IMG/VR virus record: IMGVR_UViG_3300024308_000302
Coordinates: 186,001 to 250,000 of that record
DNA length: 64,000 nucleotides
Direction: 5' to 3' (one strand)
The position numbers were made by a program, and so were the translations under genes. Under the pieces are notes generated by a model. That model saw only the letters and a list, made by a program, of their open reading frames with translations. It was not told the origin of the DNA and did no database searches. Positions 39,035-48,750 of the stretch are shown here, piece by piece (position 1 is the stretch's first letter; every line of letters starts with the position of its first letter).

Positions 39035-39493
39035 TTAAATAGAAATACGTGAAGGTGGCTGGAAATTAGACAGATCAATAACTGGGTTAGGTTCAAATAA
39101 AAGCCAGTTTCTACTAAGAAGATATTTACAGAATATAAAATTATCTTCTGAAAATTCAACATAAGGACTGGTTTTATCAACAGTATTTAGATCAATGCCT
39201 TCATAAGCAAAATATTTTGCATCTTTTTTATCAAGAATTTCATGTTCACTAATAGTCAAAGGTGTCATATCTTCTTTAAGCAGACAGCTTGCCAAGTTAA
39301 TAATCAAGAAATTAGTTGGAATTATGTATACCAACATATATTTAGCAGACATAGTGTTCATTTCTTTACCAAGATTGCTGGCATAGAACATATGATTTCG
39401 TGATTCAAAAGCATCATCAGGAATAGTGAATAGATAATGCTGACCTTGAGAAAGCGGATTATTATTTAAATCAAAAAGACCAGAATTAGCCAT
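39035..39493 (-). CDS. YopX-like protein (degenerate motif; start refined to MANSG)
   Basis: GGAG RBS; SGLFDLNNNPLSQGQ resembles the YopX TGLKDKNGKEIYEGD motif. Confidence 0.55.
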   Translation of the reverse strand: MANSGLFDLNNNPLSQGQHYLFTIPDDAFESRNHMFYASNLGKEMNTMSAKYMLVYIIPTNFLIINLASCLLKEDMTPLTISEHEILDKKDAKYFAYEGIDLNTVDKTSPYVEFSEDNFIFCKYLLSRNWLLFEPNPVIDLSNFQPPSRISI

Positions 39494-39929
39494 TGATATG
39501 CTCCCTATTAACAAGAGGGGATTGTTTAATCCACAAATTATCACTGATAATACCTTTAAACAACTGGAAATGTTTATGAGTAGGCACATTATAGACTCTA
39601 TGTGGTTGCAAGTCTTTTGGATAGCTATCTAAATAATCATCAAAAGTCATGCCTTCGTTATCTTCGGCAAAACTATATTCAACTACAGTGAGAGCTTTAT
39701 TCTGTGAATCAATAAAGATCAAATCAATTTCATAGCGAAGTTCACCAGTAGGTTTGATATAAGCCTGCATATATTGAATATCAAAAAGTTCAATCATCTT
39801 GTTGAGAGTACGAGCTTCCCGTTGTTCATCAGTCAAATCACTGAGTTTGAGGATAATATAGTCACCTTCATAAATATCTAGACCAGAAGGATCTTTGAAA
39901 CCAGTGAAACGAAGCTCTTGATTAGACAT
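39486..39929 (-). CDS. YopX-like protein (start refined to MSNQE)
   Basis: AGGA RBS; FTGFKDPSGLDIYEGDYI motif. Confidence 0.65.
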   Translation of the reverse strand: MSNQELRFTGFKDPSGLDIYEGDYIILKLSDLTDEQREARTLNKMIELFDIQYMQAYIKPTGELRYEIDLIFIDSQNKALTVVEYSFAEDNEGMTFDDYLDSYPKDLQPHRVYNVPTHKHFQLFKGIISDNLWIKQSPLVNREHING

Positions 39930-39984
39930 ATAATATTCCTGTATGAGATGAAACATTATATCAAAATTAACAAGAAATGGCAAT

Positions 39985-40008
39985 AAAAAAGTCAGCAGAT
40001 GCTGACTT
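39985..40008 (-). terminator. intrinsic terminator
   Basis: AAAAAAGTCAGC-AGAT-GCTGACTT abutting the stop at 40007. Confidence 0.82.
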
Positions 40009-40243
40009 AATGGTCTTCTACAATCAATGGGTTCGCCAAGAATTTGTGATATTCATCACCATTTTCAAAAAAAGCATCAATGTCATTATAAGTAAATTTT
40101 TGTTTATAACTAAAATACCCATAATAAAGCAATGATGATTGCTCTTTTTGTATTGAAAATTCAGTTAACATTATAGCTTCAAAAGAAGCTTTGTCTGAAA
40201 ATTTTGCATTAATCTTATACGGCTGTTCAAAAATTCCAATCAT
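40007..40243 (-). CDS. small hypothetical protein
   Basis: GGAG RBS; 78 aa. Confidence 0.75.
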   Translation of the reverse strand: MIGIFEQPYKINAKFSDKASFEAIMLTEFSIQKEQSSLLYYGYFSYKQKFTYNDIDAFFENGDEYHKFLANPLIVEDH

Positions 40244-40255
40244 AATAGTCTCCGT

Positions 40256-41017
40256 TCAAATACAAATCATTTGTAACAACTCAATTTTTTGCTCAATACT
40301 CATATCATCAAAATCACTACATTTACTACCATGTGTAGAAATAATAAGCTCATCAATAACAGATTCAATATTATAATTGAAATCTTTGTCCACGTCTACA
40401 ATTTTGTTTGCGGCCCAAAAATCTTCTTCAAATAAAGTTTCATTTTTAACTAAATAAGCCTTTTTATTTTTTAAATTAAATGCAACCTTAAATTCTTGCT
40501 CTTTTTTAGAAAAAATTGTAATAAATGGAATACAAACAATATCATTTTGTTTATTAAACTTAAAAGATATATAAATACGACAGTTCGCCTTAAAACCATC
40601 AATAAAAGAATTAATAATAAAAAAATCATAAAGAACAAATTCAGTAGTCTTATTGAAAGAATTATTATACAAAACACAATCAGAGTTGAACTTTTCAAGA
40701 GACTGAAAAGTTTGTTTAAATATATTATGTTGATTTAATGAATTTAAAAAAAGATCTATAGTTTGAAAAGAATGTTTATAATTATTCATATCAAAAAGAT
40801 TTCTTATTTCAGATTCATTATCATTAGGGCCAGACACCCCAATTATGTACCCAGAATTATGAGAAATTGTCATAGATAAATCTTCTCTACCAGAAGAATT
40901 AAAAGCCCTTAAAATACAATGCGAAGGGCCATTATTCAAAGAAAGTTCACTATCAGGGTAATGCCTTGAAAAAAATAAGTTAGCTTGTGCTAAAATAGAA
41001 GATTGATTATTTGGCAT
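40256..41017 (-). CDS. hypothetical protein, C-terminal M(-4) family
   Basis: AGGTG RBS; ends CSDFDDMSIEQKIELLQMICI. Confidence 0.82.
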   Translation of the reverse strand: MPNNQSSILAQANLFFSRHYPDSELSLNNGPSHCILRAFNSSGREDLSMTISHNSGYIIGVSGPNDNESEIRNLFDMNNYKHSFQTIDLFLNSLNQHNIFKQTFQSLEKFNSDCVLYNNSFNKTTEFVLYDFFIINSFIDGFKANCRIYISFKFNKQNDIVCIPFITIFSKKEQEFKVAFNLKNKKAYLVKNETLFEEDFWAANKIVDVDKDFNYNIESVIDELIISTHGSKCSDFDDMSIEQKIELLQMICI

Positions 41018-41077
41018 AATAACACCTATAAAATAAAGACTGTTATTTTAGCACAAACGAGTAAAAAAAGTAAAGCT

Positions 41078-41097
41078 AAAAAAGGCCAAAGCCTTTT
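41078..41097 (-). terminator. intrinsic terminator
   Basis: AAAAAAGGC-CAAA-GCCTTTT abutting the stop at 41096. Confidence 0.75.
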
Positions 41098-41623
41098 ATT
41101 TGTTTGTTAGGTATTTACCTATGAATGTAATAACAAGTTGAGTACCAACTTCTGTTTGTATTTCACCTAAACCATCATATGGAGAAACACTACCAGTAAT
41201 CTCAGTAGCTGATATCTGAACAACACATGTATAAGGCCCAGTGCCTGTACAATTTTGATATGGAATTGATATATTGCCATACACTAATCCCATACCACTT
41301 ACTTCCTCAAGAGTCACAGAATCTATAACAATTTTGTTTGTAGTAGTCAATGTATACGTCACTGTATTTTTATCAACTAATCCTGCTGGTGTTTGAGCAG
41401 TGATGATAGCATTGGTTGATGGAGTGTCACCAAAAGAACCACCTGTATCCACATAAGTAGGAGTCTCAGGGTCAGTAGGCGTCTCTGAATTACTTAATAT
41501 AAATTGTATTGAATTAACTGGAAGAGAACCACCATTAACCTGCTCAAGTGGGACTTGAACTTGATAATCGGCATAGACACAACTTGAAGCAAGCAAAGCA
41601 ATAGAAGTAATTAACTTTTTCAT
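41096..41623 (-). CDS. secreted protein, PLExxxGGxLP family member with an unrelated C-terminal domain
   Basis: AAGGA RBS; signal peptide ending VYA; DYQVQVPLEQVNGGSLPVNSIQF; ETPTDPETPT linker. Confidence 0.88.
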   Translation of the reverse strand: MKKLITSIALLASSCVYADYQVQVPLEQVNGGSLPVNSIQFILSNSETPTDPETPTYVDTGGSFGDTPSTNAIITAQTPAGLVDKNTVTYTLTTTNKIVIDSVTLEEVSGMGLVYGNISIPYQNCTGTGPYTCVVQISATEITGSVSPYDGLGEIQTEVGTQLVITFIGKYLTNK

Positions 41624-41763
41624 ATGATCCTTTTTTATTGTAATAAATATATTTTTTCATATATCATAATAATGTCAATACGATAAGTATTAAATTTAAA
41701 TTAAATAGAAATAGCGATTTGATCGCAATTTCAAAAAAATATAATATTTAATAAAAAATAAAC

Positions 41764-41788
41764 AAAAAAAGCCCTAAGAAGGGCTTTT
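41764..41788 (-). terminator. intrinsic terminator
   Basis: AAAAAAAGCCCT-AAGA-AGGGCTTTT. Confidence 0.8.
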
Positions 41789-41807
41789 GGTTGAGTGTGT
41801 AATGTAG

Positions 41808-41942
41808 TTACAGTTCTTTTCCTTTATTCTGAGTAGCTTCAGCTTGTTCCCAAGCAGCTTCTTTTTCCTTTTCATTCTGCTCTTTCAATTGAGCGTAAGC
41901 AAGTTCGATTTCTTGTTCTTTAGTCAGTGCAGCTTTAGTCAT
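41808..41942 (-). CDS. 44-aa charged helical peptide not in the ORF track
   Basis: MTKAALTKEQEIELAYAQLKEQNEKEKEAAWEQAEATQNKGKEL; GGAG RBS; TGCTCCACAT -10-like region upstream; own terminator. Confidence 0.8.
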   Translation of the reverse strand: MTKAALTKEQEIELAYAQLKEQNEKEKEAAWEQAEATQNKGKEL

Positions 41943-42107
41943 TGTGTTTCTCCGTTACTTCGTTGTTTATGTGGAGCAAGTATAGCTCAAAATGAAGATG
42001 TTGTAAACAAAAAAAATAAAAAAAATCAAAAATATGAGAAGTTTTCAAAAGTAAGATTGACTTATAATAAGTTCGATGCAAAAATGACATTTTTAAAAGG
42101 AGTTTGT

Positions 42108-42866
42108 ATGGACACAATGTCTATTTTAAGTAGTATTTTTTTTCTAATCGTTATTTTCTTATTTTACCAAGAAGCGGCTCTAGTCATTGGTATTGTATTA
42201 GGTGTATTTTTGTTTTTATACAATTTTTTATGGGACATTCCAAAATCATTGATGGAATTTATATTAGAAAATGGGCTGTCAGAACATGTAGATTATTTTT
42301 ATGATGCCAGAATACCAATAGTATCAATTAGCTTATTATTAATAGTAATTTGGTCGATACCAGTAGGGATGACGGAAAAGTTTGGCACAAAAACAGCAAA
42401 AATAATAGCTGTCATTTTTGGCGTTGTTCCATTTGTAGGATTGTTGACATATATACACAGCGATACACAAGAAGGCTATTTTAAAAATGTATTTAACAGT
42501 AAATATGAAGATCTATCGTCAGCAAATATGTATTTCAATAATTCAAAAGTTGGTAAGGAATTGAGAAATGCAATTGATACTAAAAATTATACTGTAATAA
42601 ATAAATATTATCCTAAAAATAGCAGTCTTGAAGATTATGTTAACAAAAAAGTAAATGCTTTGTCTGTCGAGGAATATATTAACAAAAAAGCATTGATTAC
42701 AAGTATAAATGTTCCAATTATAACAGAAAAGTTTAAATCAATCGCAAATGATAATTACATAACTCTTGAAGAGTATGAACAATTTAAAAAAGAAGTGCTA
42801 GAAATTGCAAACTTTAACCCATTAAAGCTTAACTCTGAACAATTAAGATTCATATACAGCATTTAA
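42108..42866 (+). CDS. membrane protein (start refined; the ORF-track N-terminus is antisense to the 44-aa gene)
   Basis: AAGGAG RBS before ATG at 42108; about 4 hydrophobic helices, then a soluble domain. Confidence 0.8.
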   Translation: MDTMSILSSIFFLIVIFLFYQEAALVIGIVLGVFLFLYNFLWDIPKSLMEFILENGLSEHVDYFYDARIPIVSISLLLIVIWSIPVGMTEKFGTKTAKIIAVIFGVVPFVGLLTYIHSDTQEGYFKNVFNSKYEDLSSANMYFNNSKVGKELRNAIDTKNYTVINKYYPKNSSLEDYVNKKVNALSVEEYINKKALITSINVPIITEKFKSIANDNYITLEEYEQFKKEVLEIANFNPLKLNSEQLRFIYSI

Positions 42867-42874
42867 ACAAAAAT

Positions 42875-42895
42875 AAACCGCTTAAGCGGTTTTTT
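42875..42895. terminator. bidirectional intrinsic terminator
   Basis: AAACCGC-TTAA-GCGGTTTTTT between convergent genes. Confidence 0.82.
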
Positions 42896-42900
42896 ATTTA

Positions 42901-43671
42901 TTAAATATACATCATTTTAAAAACAGTAATGTCATCATCTACCATATCATCAATCTTTTTGCCTAACACTGGTAAAGTATATTCAACTTCCATGAAGTCC
43001 TTCAGTTTAGAAGCAAATTTATTATCTGGTGTTTTTAACACTTTTCTTACAAAGTTGATTCGTCTATATTCTACTTTTTCATTAAAAGTAAAAGAGTAAT
43101 AGATAACATATTTAAATACATCAGAAAATATGACACTACCTCTTTTTTGTACAGAATGACGTAATGTATTGTTTACATCCAACATATCACCAAGCAATTT
43201 ATTGTAGAAGTCAACGACTTTCAAATCTACATCAGTATAGGTATTAACACTATATGACTGTTTAAATGAATCTTTCAAATAAATATCACTAATGTCTATT
43301 TCTAAGTCTCGTGGCAATCCATTATTGTAGATTGTAAATGCAGCCGTTAGTAATAAAGTCTCACCAGTAGGCTCAATTGTCGCTTCATAGACAACAGAAA
43401 GAGAGTCAAGACCTGTAGACCAAATACTGGTATTTACAAATAATTCTTTGTAAAAAATGTTATGACGATTATCAAATAGATCGTCTAGGTGTTCATATTT
43501 ATCTACTGGAACAATATTTTTGAGTTGTTCTTTATTAAGTGTTGATAGGTTTTCAATAAATATATTTTCTTTTTTCAGGCGAACAATTGCATTATCAAAT
43601 ATTTCTTTTTTCGTTTTAGAAATATATGTACCTAATGTATTAAAATTAGTAAATTTTTGATTTTTAGTCAT
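42901..43671 (-). CDS. hypothetical protein, C-terminal M(-4) family (subgroup A)
   Basis: Ends LGKKIDDMVDDDITVFKMMYI. Confidence 0.83.
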   Translation of the reverse strand: MTKNQKFTNFNTLGTYISKTKKEIFDNAIVRLKKENIFIENLSTLNKEQLKNIVPVDKYEHLDDLFDNRHNIFYKELFVNTSIWSTGLDSLSVVYEATIEPTGETLLLTAAFTIYNNGLPRDLEIDISDIYLKDSFKQSYSVNTYTDVDLKVVDFYNKLLGDMLDVNNTLRHSVQKRGSVIFSDVFKYVIYYSFTFNEKVEYRRINFVRKVLKTPDNKFASKLKDFMEVEYTLPVLGKKIDDMVDDDITVFKMMYI

Positions 43672-43692
43672 AATAACTCTCGAATATAAATA

Positions 43693-44514
43693 TTAAATGT
43701 CCATCATTTCTTGTAATGTAAATTCATTTTTCAAATCAGAAATATTTGAAATGTTCATTTTTTTAAGTTTAAGGACAGATACAATTGCAGTTTCAATTAA
43801 TTCATTATCTGCTGACATGAACTCATCATATGTCAACATAAGTTCTTGTCCATACATATAGAAATATAAAGCATATTTTTCAGGTACATGAATATCATTT
43901 GCTGGATTAAAAAGAAATTTAATAGAAAATGTATTATTACTGAGCTTAAAAATAGATGAAGAATATTCAACTTCAAATAAATCAATAATTTTTTTTGATT
44001 CTTCTGGATAAAATTTGTTACTAACAACTGTATTGAATAAACTATCATTTAAAATTAAAAGAGAATCAATTTTTTTGATTGCTGATAAAATACAATTAAA
44101 ATTTGCTTTTGAATAATGGTTTTTAATGTCGCCATAAATAAAACCAATATAATGTCTACAAAATTCATTAAAAAGATATTCTCCTGAAAGTTTTCCTTTT
44201 CGTGAGTCATAAAATGTAACATTAAAAAAATCATAATCTGTATGCTCATTATTAATTTGTGGCAATAGTTTGCCATCTGTCTCAAAAAGAATATTTAAAG
44301 ATGGGTCAAGATTGCCAGAAATTTCAAAAATAATTGTTACAGGAAAATCAACTTTGTTACTCACAAGCGATTCAGACTTAAGAAGAGTCAAAAATTCAGC
44401 TAGAATATCTAAATCAATAGTAAATTTTTTCTTAGACTCTGTATTTTTTTTACCAAGTGCTACATAATTGATTTTATCAATATTAAACAGTGTTGTTTTT
44501 TCGATATATTTCAT
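43693..44514 (-). CDS. hypothetical protein, C-terminal M(-4) family (subgroup B; start refined to MKYIEK)
   Basis: GGA RBS; ends MNISNISDLKNEFTLQEMMDI. Confidence 0.83.
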   Translation of the reverse strand: MKYIEKTTLFNIDKINYVALGKKNTESKKKFTIDLDILAEFLTLLKSESLVSNKVDFPVTIIFEISGNLDPSLNILFETDGKLLPQINNEHTDYDFFNVTFYDSRKGKLSGEYLFNEFCRHYIGFIYGDIKNHYSKANFNCILSAIKKIDSLLILNDSLFNTVVSNKFYPEESKKIIDLFEVEYSSSIFKLSNNTFSIKFLFNPANDIHVPEKYALYFYMYGQELMLTYDEFMSADNELIETAIVSVLKLKKMNISNISDLKNEFTLQEMMDI

Positions 44515-44570
44515 AAATAGTCCACAGATAATTTCTTCGTATATTACCAAAAAAGAATTAATAAATCAAT

Positions 44571-44594
44571 AAAAAAGATGCCTAAGCATCTTTT
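44571..44594 (-). terminator. intrinsic terminator
   Basis: AAAAAAGATGC-CTAA-GCATCTTTT abutting the stop at 44593. Confidence 0.82.
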
Positions 44595-46089
44595 ATATTT
44601 TATTTTTTATCTTATTTTTAATTGTCTTCCCATCGTCAGTGCTCTTATAAAGTTCAAATGCTTCATCGTAAGATTTAGCTTCTGTAATAGCAATAGCCTT
44701 TAAGAAGTCTCCATTTTGATATAGAGATAACAAATTTGGATAATTGTTTTTTATCAAGTTCGCTAACTCATCTGGTTTAATATATGTCAATAAACTACTG
44801 TTTGCAGTATGATCTAAATGAAGGACAATTTTATGTTCTTGAAGGTAATCTAAAACAGGAGCAATATAGGCAAGTTTTTCTTCTGCTGTAGCAGTATAGG
44901 ATAAAGCTGAATCAATTACAAAACAAACTTTCAAATTATCTCGTTGTTCAATACATAAATTATGGTAATACATTTTAAAGAAACTATTATCACCAGAAAT
45001 GTGAATGTAGTTATAATCACTCTCTAAATATCTTTTAGATAAAGAATGATAACCATAAGTTAGACTTGGTTCGGCTGACAAAATAGAAATCTTGGGATCT
45101 ATTAAATCAAAATCAGCAGTCGTTTCAGACAAAGGAATACCAGAAGCTCTTATAGTGTTATCATCAATAACAATTTCCATCATAGAGTCTGAAACGGATT
45201 TAAACCATTCAGGACGATTATTTTCAATAAAACTAATAAAATCATTAAGAACTGGTGTATTTAGCATATCTTCTTCACTTTTAGCATTTGCCATTACACC
45301 AAGAACTACAGATTCTTTTGCCTGAAACAAATAGAAGTAATCATCAAATTCTTTATAGTAGTCATCCATAAGCTCTATATAAGTTTGATCAGCATCTATA
45401 ACAGTAATGTTAAATTTATGCTCAAATTTATGTGGTCTTAAATTAGCATCTAAAGGAATTTCTTTGTCCAACAAATCAATAATATTCTTAACGTAGAAGC
45501 TAACAGATTGAGCACTGACATCATTACTATTCATTACATCCTTAAAGCAATTAAAAGTATGACACAATTTAACAATAGGTAAATTTTGAATAGTATATGA
45601 AAAGTCAGTAAGATGATTTTTTTCACTAAATGCTAAATTGAATTTAGATATAAAATCTTTAAAACCATCACTATCATCTAATATATCATTAATAATTTTA
45701 ACCACTTGTTTATCTGAATTATTTAAAATCGGAATTGCATTAAAATCGTCGTTACGTGTTGGCTTTATTGAATTTAAAGTATCAGCAAGAGCTAAAGAAT
45801 ATTCATAGGCTTCATTTTCGTCTTCTGTTGGTTGCTTGGAATTTAACTTGGACTCAATAAATTTACCGTGTTCATTTTCTGTTAAAATTCTTTTTGATCT
45901 GTAACTTATGGCTAAAGGATTATCTTCTAAATCAGTTTTGGATAAACTGAGATCATAAAAGTCCTTTAATAATGTTGTTTTATAGAATTTTAAAGTTGAC
46001 AATTCATTGAAATAGTTGTCATTAATAGAATTAGACAATTTAAATTCTTCACGCAATTTTATAAAATCTTCTGCTTTTGCTTTTTTCAT
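44593..46089 (-). CDS. gene B of duplicated operon (paralog of 23584..25026)
   Basis: ATGA coupling; MKKA start; DDNTIRASG, HISGDNSFFK. Confidence 0.85.
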   Translation of the reverse strand: MKKAKAEDFIKLREEFKLSNSINDNYFNELSTLKFYKTTLLKDFYDLSLSKTDLEDNPLAISYRSKRILTENEHGKFIESKLNSKQPTEDENEAYEYSLALADTLNSIKPTRNDDFNAIPILNNSDKQVVKIINDILDDSDGFKDFISKFNLAFSEKNHLTDFSYTIQNLPIVKLCHTFNCFKDVMNSNDVSAQSVSFYVKNIIDLLDKEIPLDANLRPHKFEHKFNITVIDADQTYIELMDDYYKEFDDYFYLFQAKESVVLGVMANAKSEEDMLNTPVLNDFISFIENNRPEWFKSVSDSMMEIVIDDNTIRASGIPLSETTADFDLIDPKISILSAEPSLTYGYHSLSKRYLESDYNYIHISGDNSFFKMYYHNLCIEQRDNLKVCFVIDSALSYTATAEEKLAYIAPVLDYLQEHKIVLHLDHTANSSLLTYIKPDELANLIKNNYPNLLSLYQNGDFLKAIAITEAKSYDEAFELYKSTDDGKTIKNKIKNKI

Positions 46090-47924
46090 GATAATCTCTG
46101 TTTTAATTTAACTTTGTTTTCTTTAATGACACCATTTTCTTTTAAGTAACTTTCAAGTGAATCAATGGTACTTTCTGTCATTGAGTGTTCTTCTCTGTTT
46201 GCATAAAGAGCTGCTTTTTGTGCAATTTCAATTTGTTTAGTAATATCTGAACCATATAACTCATCATCATTTTTTAAGTGTTGAGCATAAGAAGAACCAG
46301 ATTGATCAAGTGTAAAACCAATCATGGAATAAATGTCAGTAGAGCGTTTATTAAAGTCACATAGAATGTATTGTCGATTATTAACGTCCGTTACATACTG
46401 ATCAAAATAATCCTCATCACGAACTATACACCAAGATTTTGAGCCGAAAGCAACACATTGTTCATAATCTTTAACTTCAAAAACATAAATGCCATTATCA
46501 GCATATAACTTATTCAAACCAAATGATTCTAATTTTAAATCAATAACTTCTGGCGTAAATTGATCGAAATAATTCAATAATCCAGTTAGCATATTAATGA
46601 CATCTTCATTGTTTTTCATGGCTGCAATTTTCTTACCAACAAAAGTTTGAAGTTGTGATGAAGTAACTTTATTATCATACAATGATTTAAAATGTGGTTC
46701 GGTTTCTTCATTGAAGTGATGTTTATATTTTGAACTCAAAATAGTATAAGCAAATTGTTTTATTTTGTTTTTATATACAATATTATTAATTTTATCATCA
46801 ATACCTTCAAAATTTTTATCTTTCAAAGAGTTTAAATCAAAATTATATTGTTTCAAAACCGGGTAGTGCTCTAACAATGAATGAACTGTCTTGATAGCGT
46901 TTTCAACACCATCTTCATGTATCTTGTTTTTAAAGAATGGAATATGAGATGGTTTCTTTCTTAGAATAAATGAAACTGCATCACTATGAACATCACGATT
47001 AAATTGTTCTAATTCTTTGTTATTAGTGATTGTGTTATAAACTCCATTCTTTAAATAAGCAATGCTATTATCATTAAAAACTAAAACCTTATTTATTTTT
47101 TGAGAGGATGTAAGTTCAAGTGTAGCAAAGACTTCCTCAGAAATATTTTTAGTATGTATAAACTTTTCTAAAGAGTTATCACTAGGAATTTTTGATTCTT
47201 GTTCTATGAATTGAACAGCCTGAGATATCAAATATGTAGGATCTAATTTGGTGATTTCGTTTTTTACTGTCTGAATATAATTATTATTAGCAGATTCATA
47301 CTTATGATACGAATCATAAAAATCTTTAATATCTGGTATTGCATCAACTAATTTATTAATTGATTTTATAATGTACCCCTTATCTTCTTCATGTAAAAAA
47401 GATTTAGACAATTGTTCATTTAAAACATAATATGAGAATAAGAATTTATTAATCAAGACATAGTTCTTTTGAAGATCAGCAGCAAAATCTTCAACTATTT
47501 CGCGTTTAGTAATCAAATCATCAGTTATAGATTCATCAAAATGATCAAACTCTTCCATCTTTTCTAAATACAAGTTATACCATGCTTTATTTAACTCTTT
47601 ATTATTTTTAACAACATCACGTACTTGCATTTTTTTAGTGTAATCTGGAGCAACTTTGCTATAATGATCAACAGCATCAGCAGTTGATTCAAATTTGATA
47701 TGATCAGTCTCTTTTATTATATTTAAGATATTATCTAATCTATTTATGGTTTCAGATAAAGGAACTGCGTGTTCATTGACAGAGTTTACTTTATTCTCTT
47801 TGAAGAAAGGTATAAATGTTAATTCGTTATATTTTAATTTAGCAGAACTGTAACTCCAAAGAGAACCACCAACTCTTAATTCATTAAGGCTATCAATTTT
47901 ACTTAAAATTTCTTCAAGATTCAT
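46086..47924 (-). CDS. gene A of duplicated operon (paralog of 25023..26924; start refined to MNLEE)
   Basis: AFGSKSWCIVRD, KIKQFAYTILSSKYKHHFN. Confidence 0.82.
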   Translation of the reverse strand: MNLEEILSKIDSLNELRVGGSLWSYSSAKLKYNELTFIPFFKENKVNSVNEHAVPLSETINRLDNILNIIKETDHIKFESTADAVDHYSKVAPDYTKKMQVRDVVKNNKELNKAWYNLYLEKMEEFDHFDESITDDLITKREIVEDFAADLQKNYVLINKFLFSYYVLNEQLSKSFLHEEDKGYIIKSINKLVDAIPDIKDFYDSYHKYESANNNYIQTVKNEITKLDPTYLISQAVQFIEQESKIPSDNSLEKFIHTKNISEEVFATLELTSSQKINKVLVFNDNSIAYLKNGVYNTITNNKELEQFNRDVHSDAVSFILRKKPSHIPFFKNKIHEDGVENAIKTVHSLLEHYPVLKQYNFDLNSLKDKNFEGIDDKINNIVYKNKIKQFAYTILSSKYKHHFNEETEPHFKSLYDNKVTSSQLQTFVGKKIAAMKNNEDVINMLTGLLNYFDQFTPEVIDLKLESFGLNKLYADNGIYVFEVKDYEQCVAFGSKSWCIVRDEDYFDQYVTDVNNRQYILCDFNKRSTDIYSMIGFTLDQSGSSYAQHLKNDDELYGSDITKQIEIAQKAALYANREEHSMTESTIDSLESYLKENGVIKENKVKLKQRLS

Positions 47925-47998
47925 GTTTAAATTATTATTTGATTGTATTTTTATATTGTAACATATAAACAAGAAAAAAATAGACTAAAAAAAACAAT

Positions 47999-48020
47999 AA
48001 AAAAGAGGCCGAAGCCCCTT
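47999..48020 (-). terminator. GAGGC-family terminator (one mismatch)
   Basis: AAAAAAGAGGC-CGAA-GCCCCTT. Confidence 0.75.
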
Positions 48021-48039
48021 AAAAGTTAGATTAATGTTA

Positions 48040-48726
48040 TTAACTCAAAGACAAGATACTATTTTTATAGATATCAAAAGGATTTGAAGAATCTGATGAT
48101 TCTGCACAAATACCACAAGATTCCCATTTTTTACCAATCATAGAGAGGAATGTGTTGATAAATTTCACTTCTGCCAGATAAGGTAAATCTGATTCATTAA
48201 ATACATTAGGAACAATACTCCCAGAACGATTTGTTCCTAGCTTTGTTCTATAGGGTTCATCTTCAAAAGTTGGCAATCCTTTAGTTTCACTGTGAATATA
48301 CTCAACGAATCTATCCGAGAAATCATTGAAATTTAGTTTCATATTAGAAAAGCTAGAACGTGCCTTGAAGTCGCTCACAATTGAGTCATAAACATTTTGA
48401 TGACAAGCAAAGAAACTCAATACATAATCTTTATCATCATATTCTACTTCTTTTTCTGATCCACGAAGATTTAGGAAGTCACTCCAAGTAACATGACGAC
48501 CAATCAACTCAGAAATCATGCTTAGCATAAAATCTTCACGGTTTTTATCTTGTGGATCAATATAGAATAGATCTTCTTGAAATACGCCACGAACAGAAAC
48601 AGGAAATGGACGAACATTGACATTAGAAACAGAAGTATCTGTATATTTTTTGCTGATAAGAATAGGAATCAAAACCGCTTTTGGGTTTTGATAAAAAGGC
48701 ATGCCAGTAATAGAACATGTGAACAT
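48040..48726 (-). CDS. hypothetical protein
   Basis: GAGG RBS; 228 aa. Confidence 0.8.
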   Translation of the reverse strand: MFTCSITGMPFYQNPKAVLIPILISKKYTDTSVSNVNVRPFPVSVRGVFQEDLFYIDPQDKNREDFMLSMISELIGRHVTWSDFLNLRGSEKEVEYDDKDYVLSFFACHQNVYDSIVSDFKARSSFSNMKLNFNDFSDRFVEYIHSETKGLPTFEDEPYRTKLGTNRSGSIVPNVFNESDLPYLAEVKFINTFLSMIGKKWESCGICAESSDSSNPFDIYKNSILSLS

Positions 48727-48750
48727 AAATATTACCTCTTTAGTTAAGAA

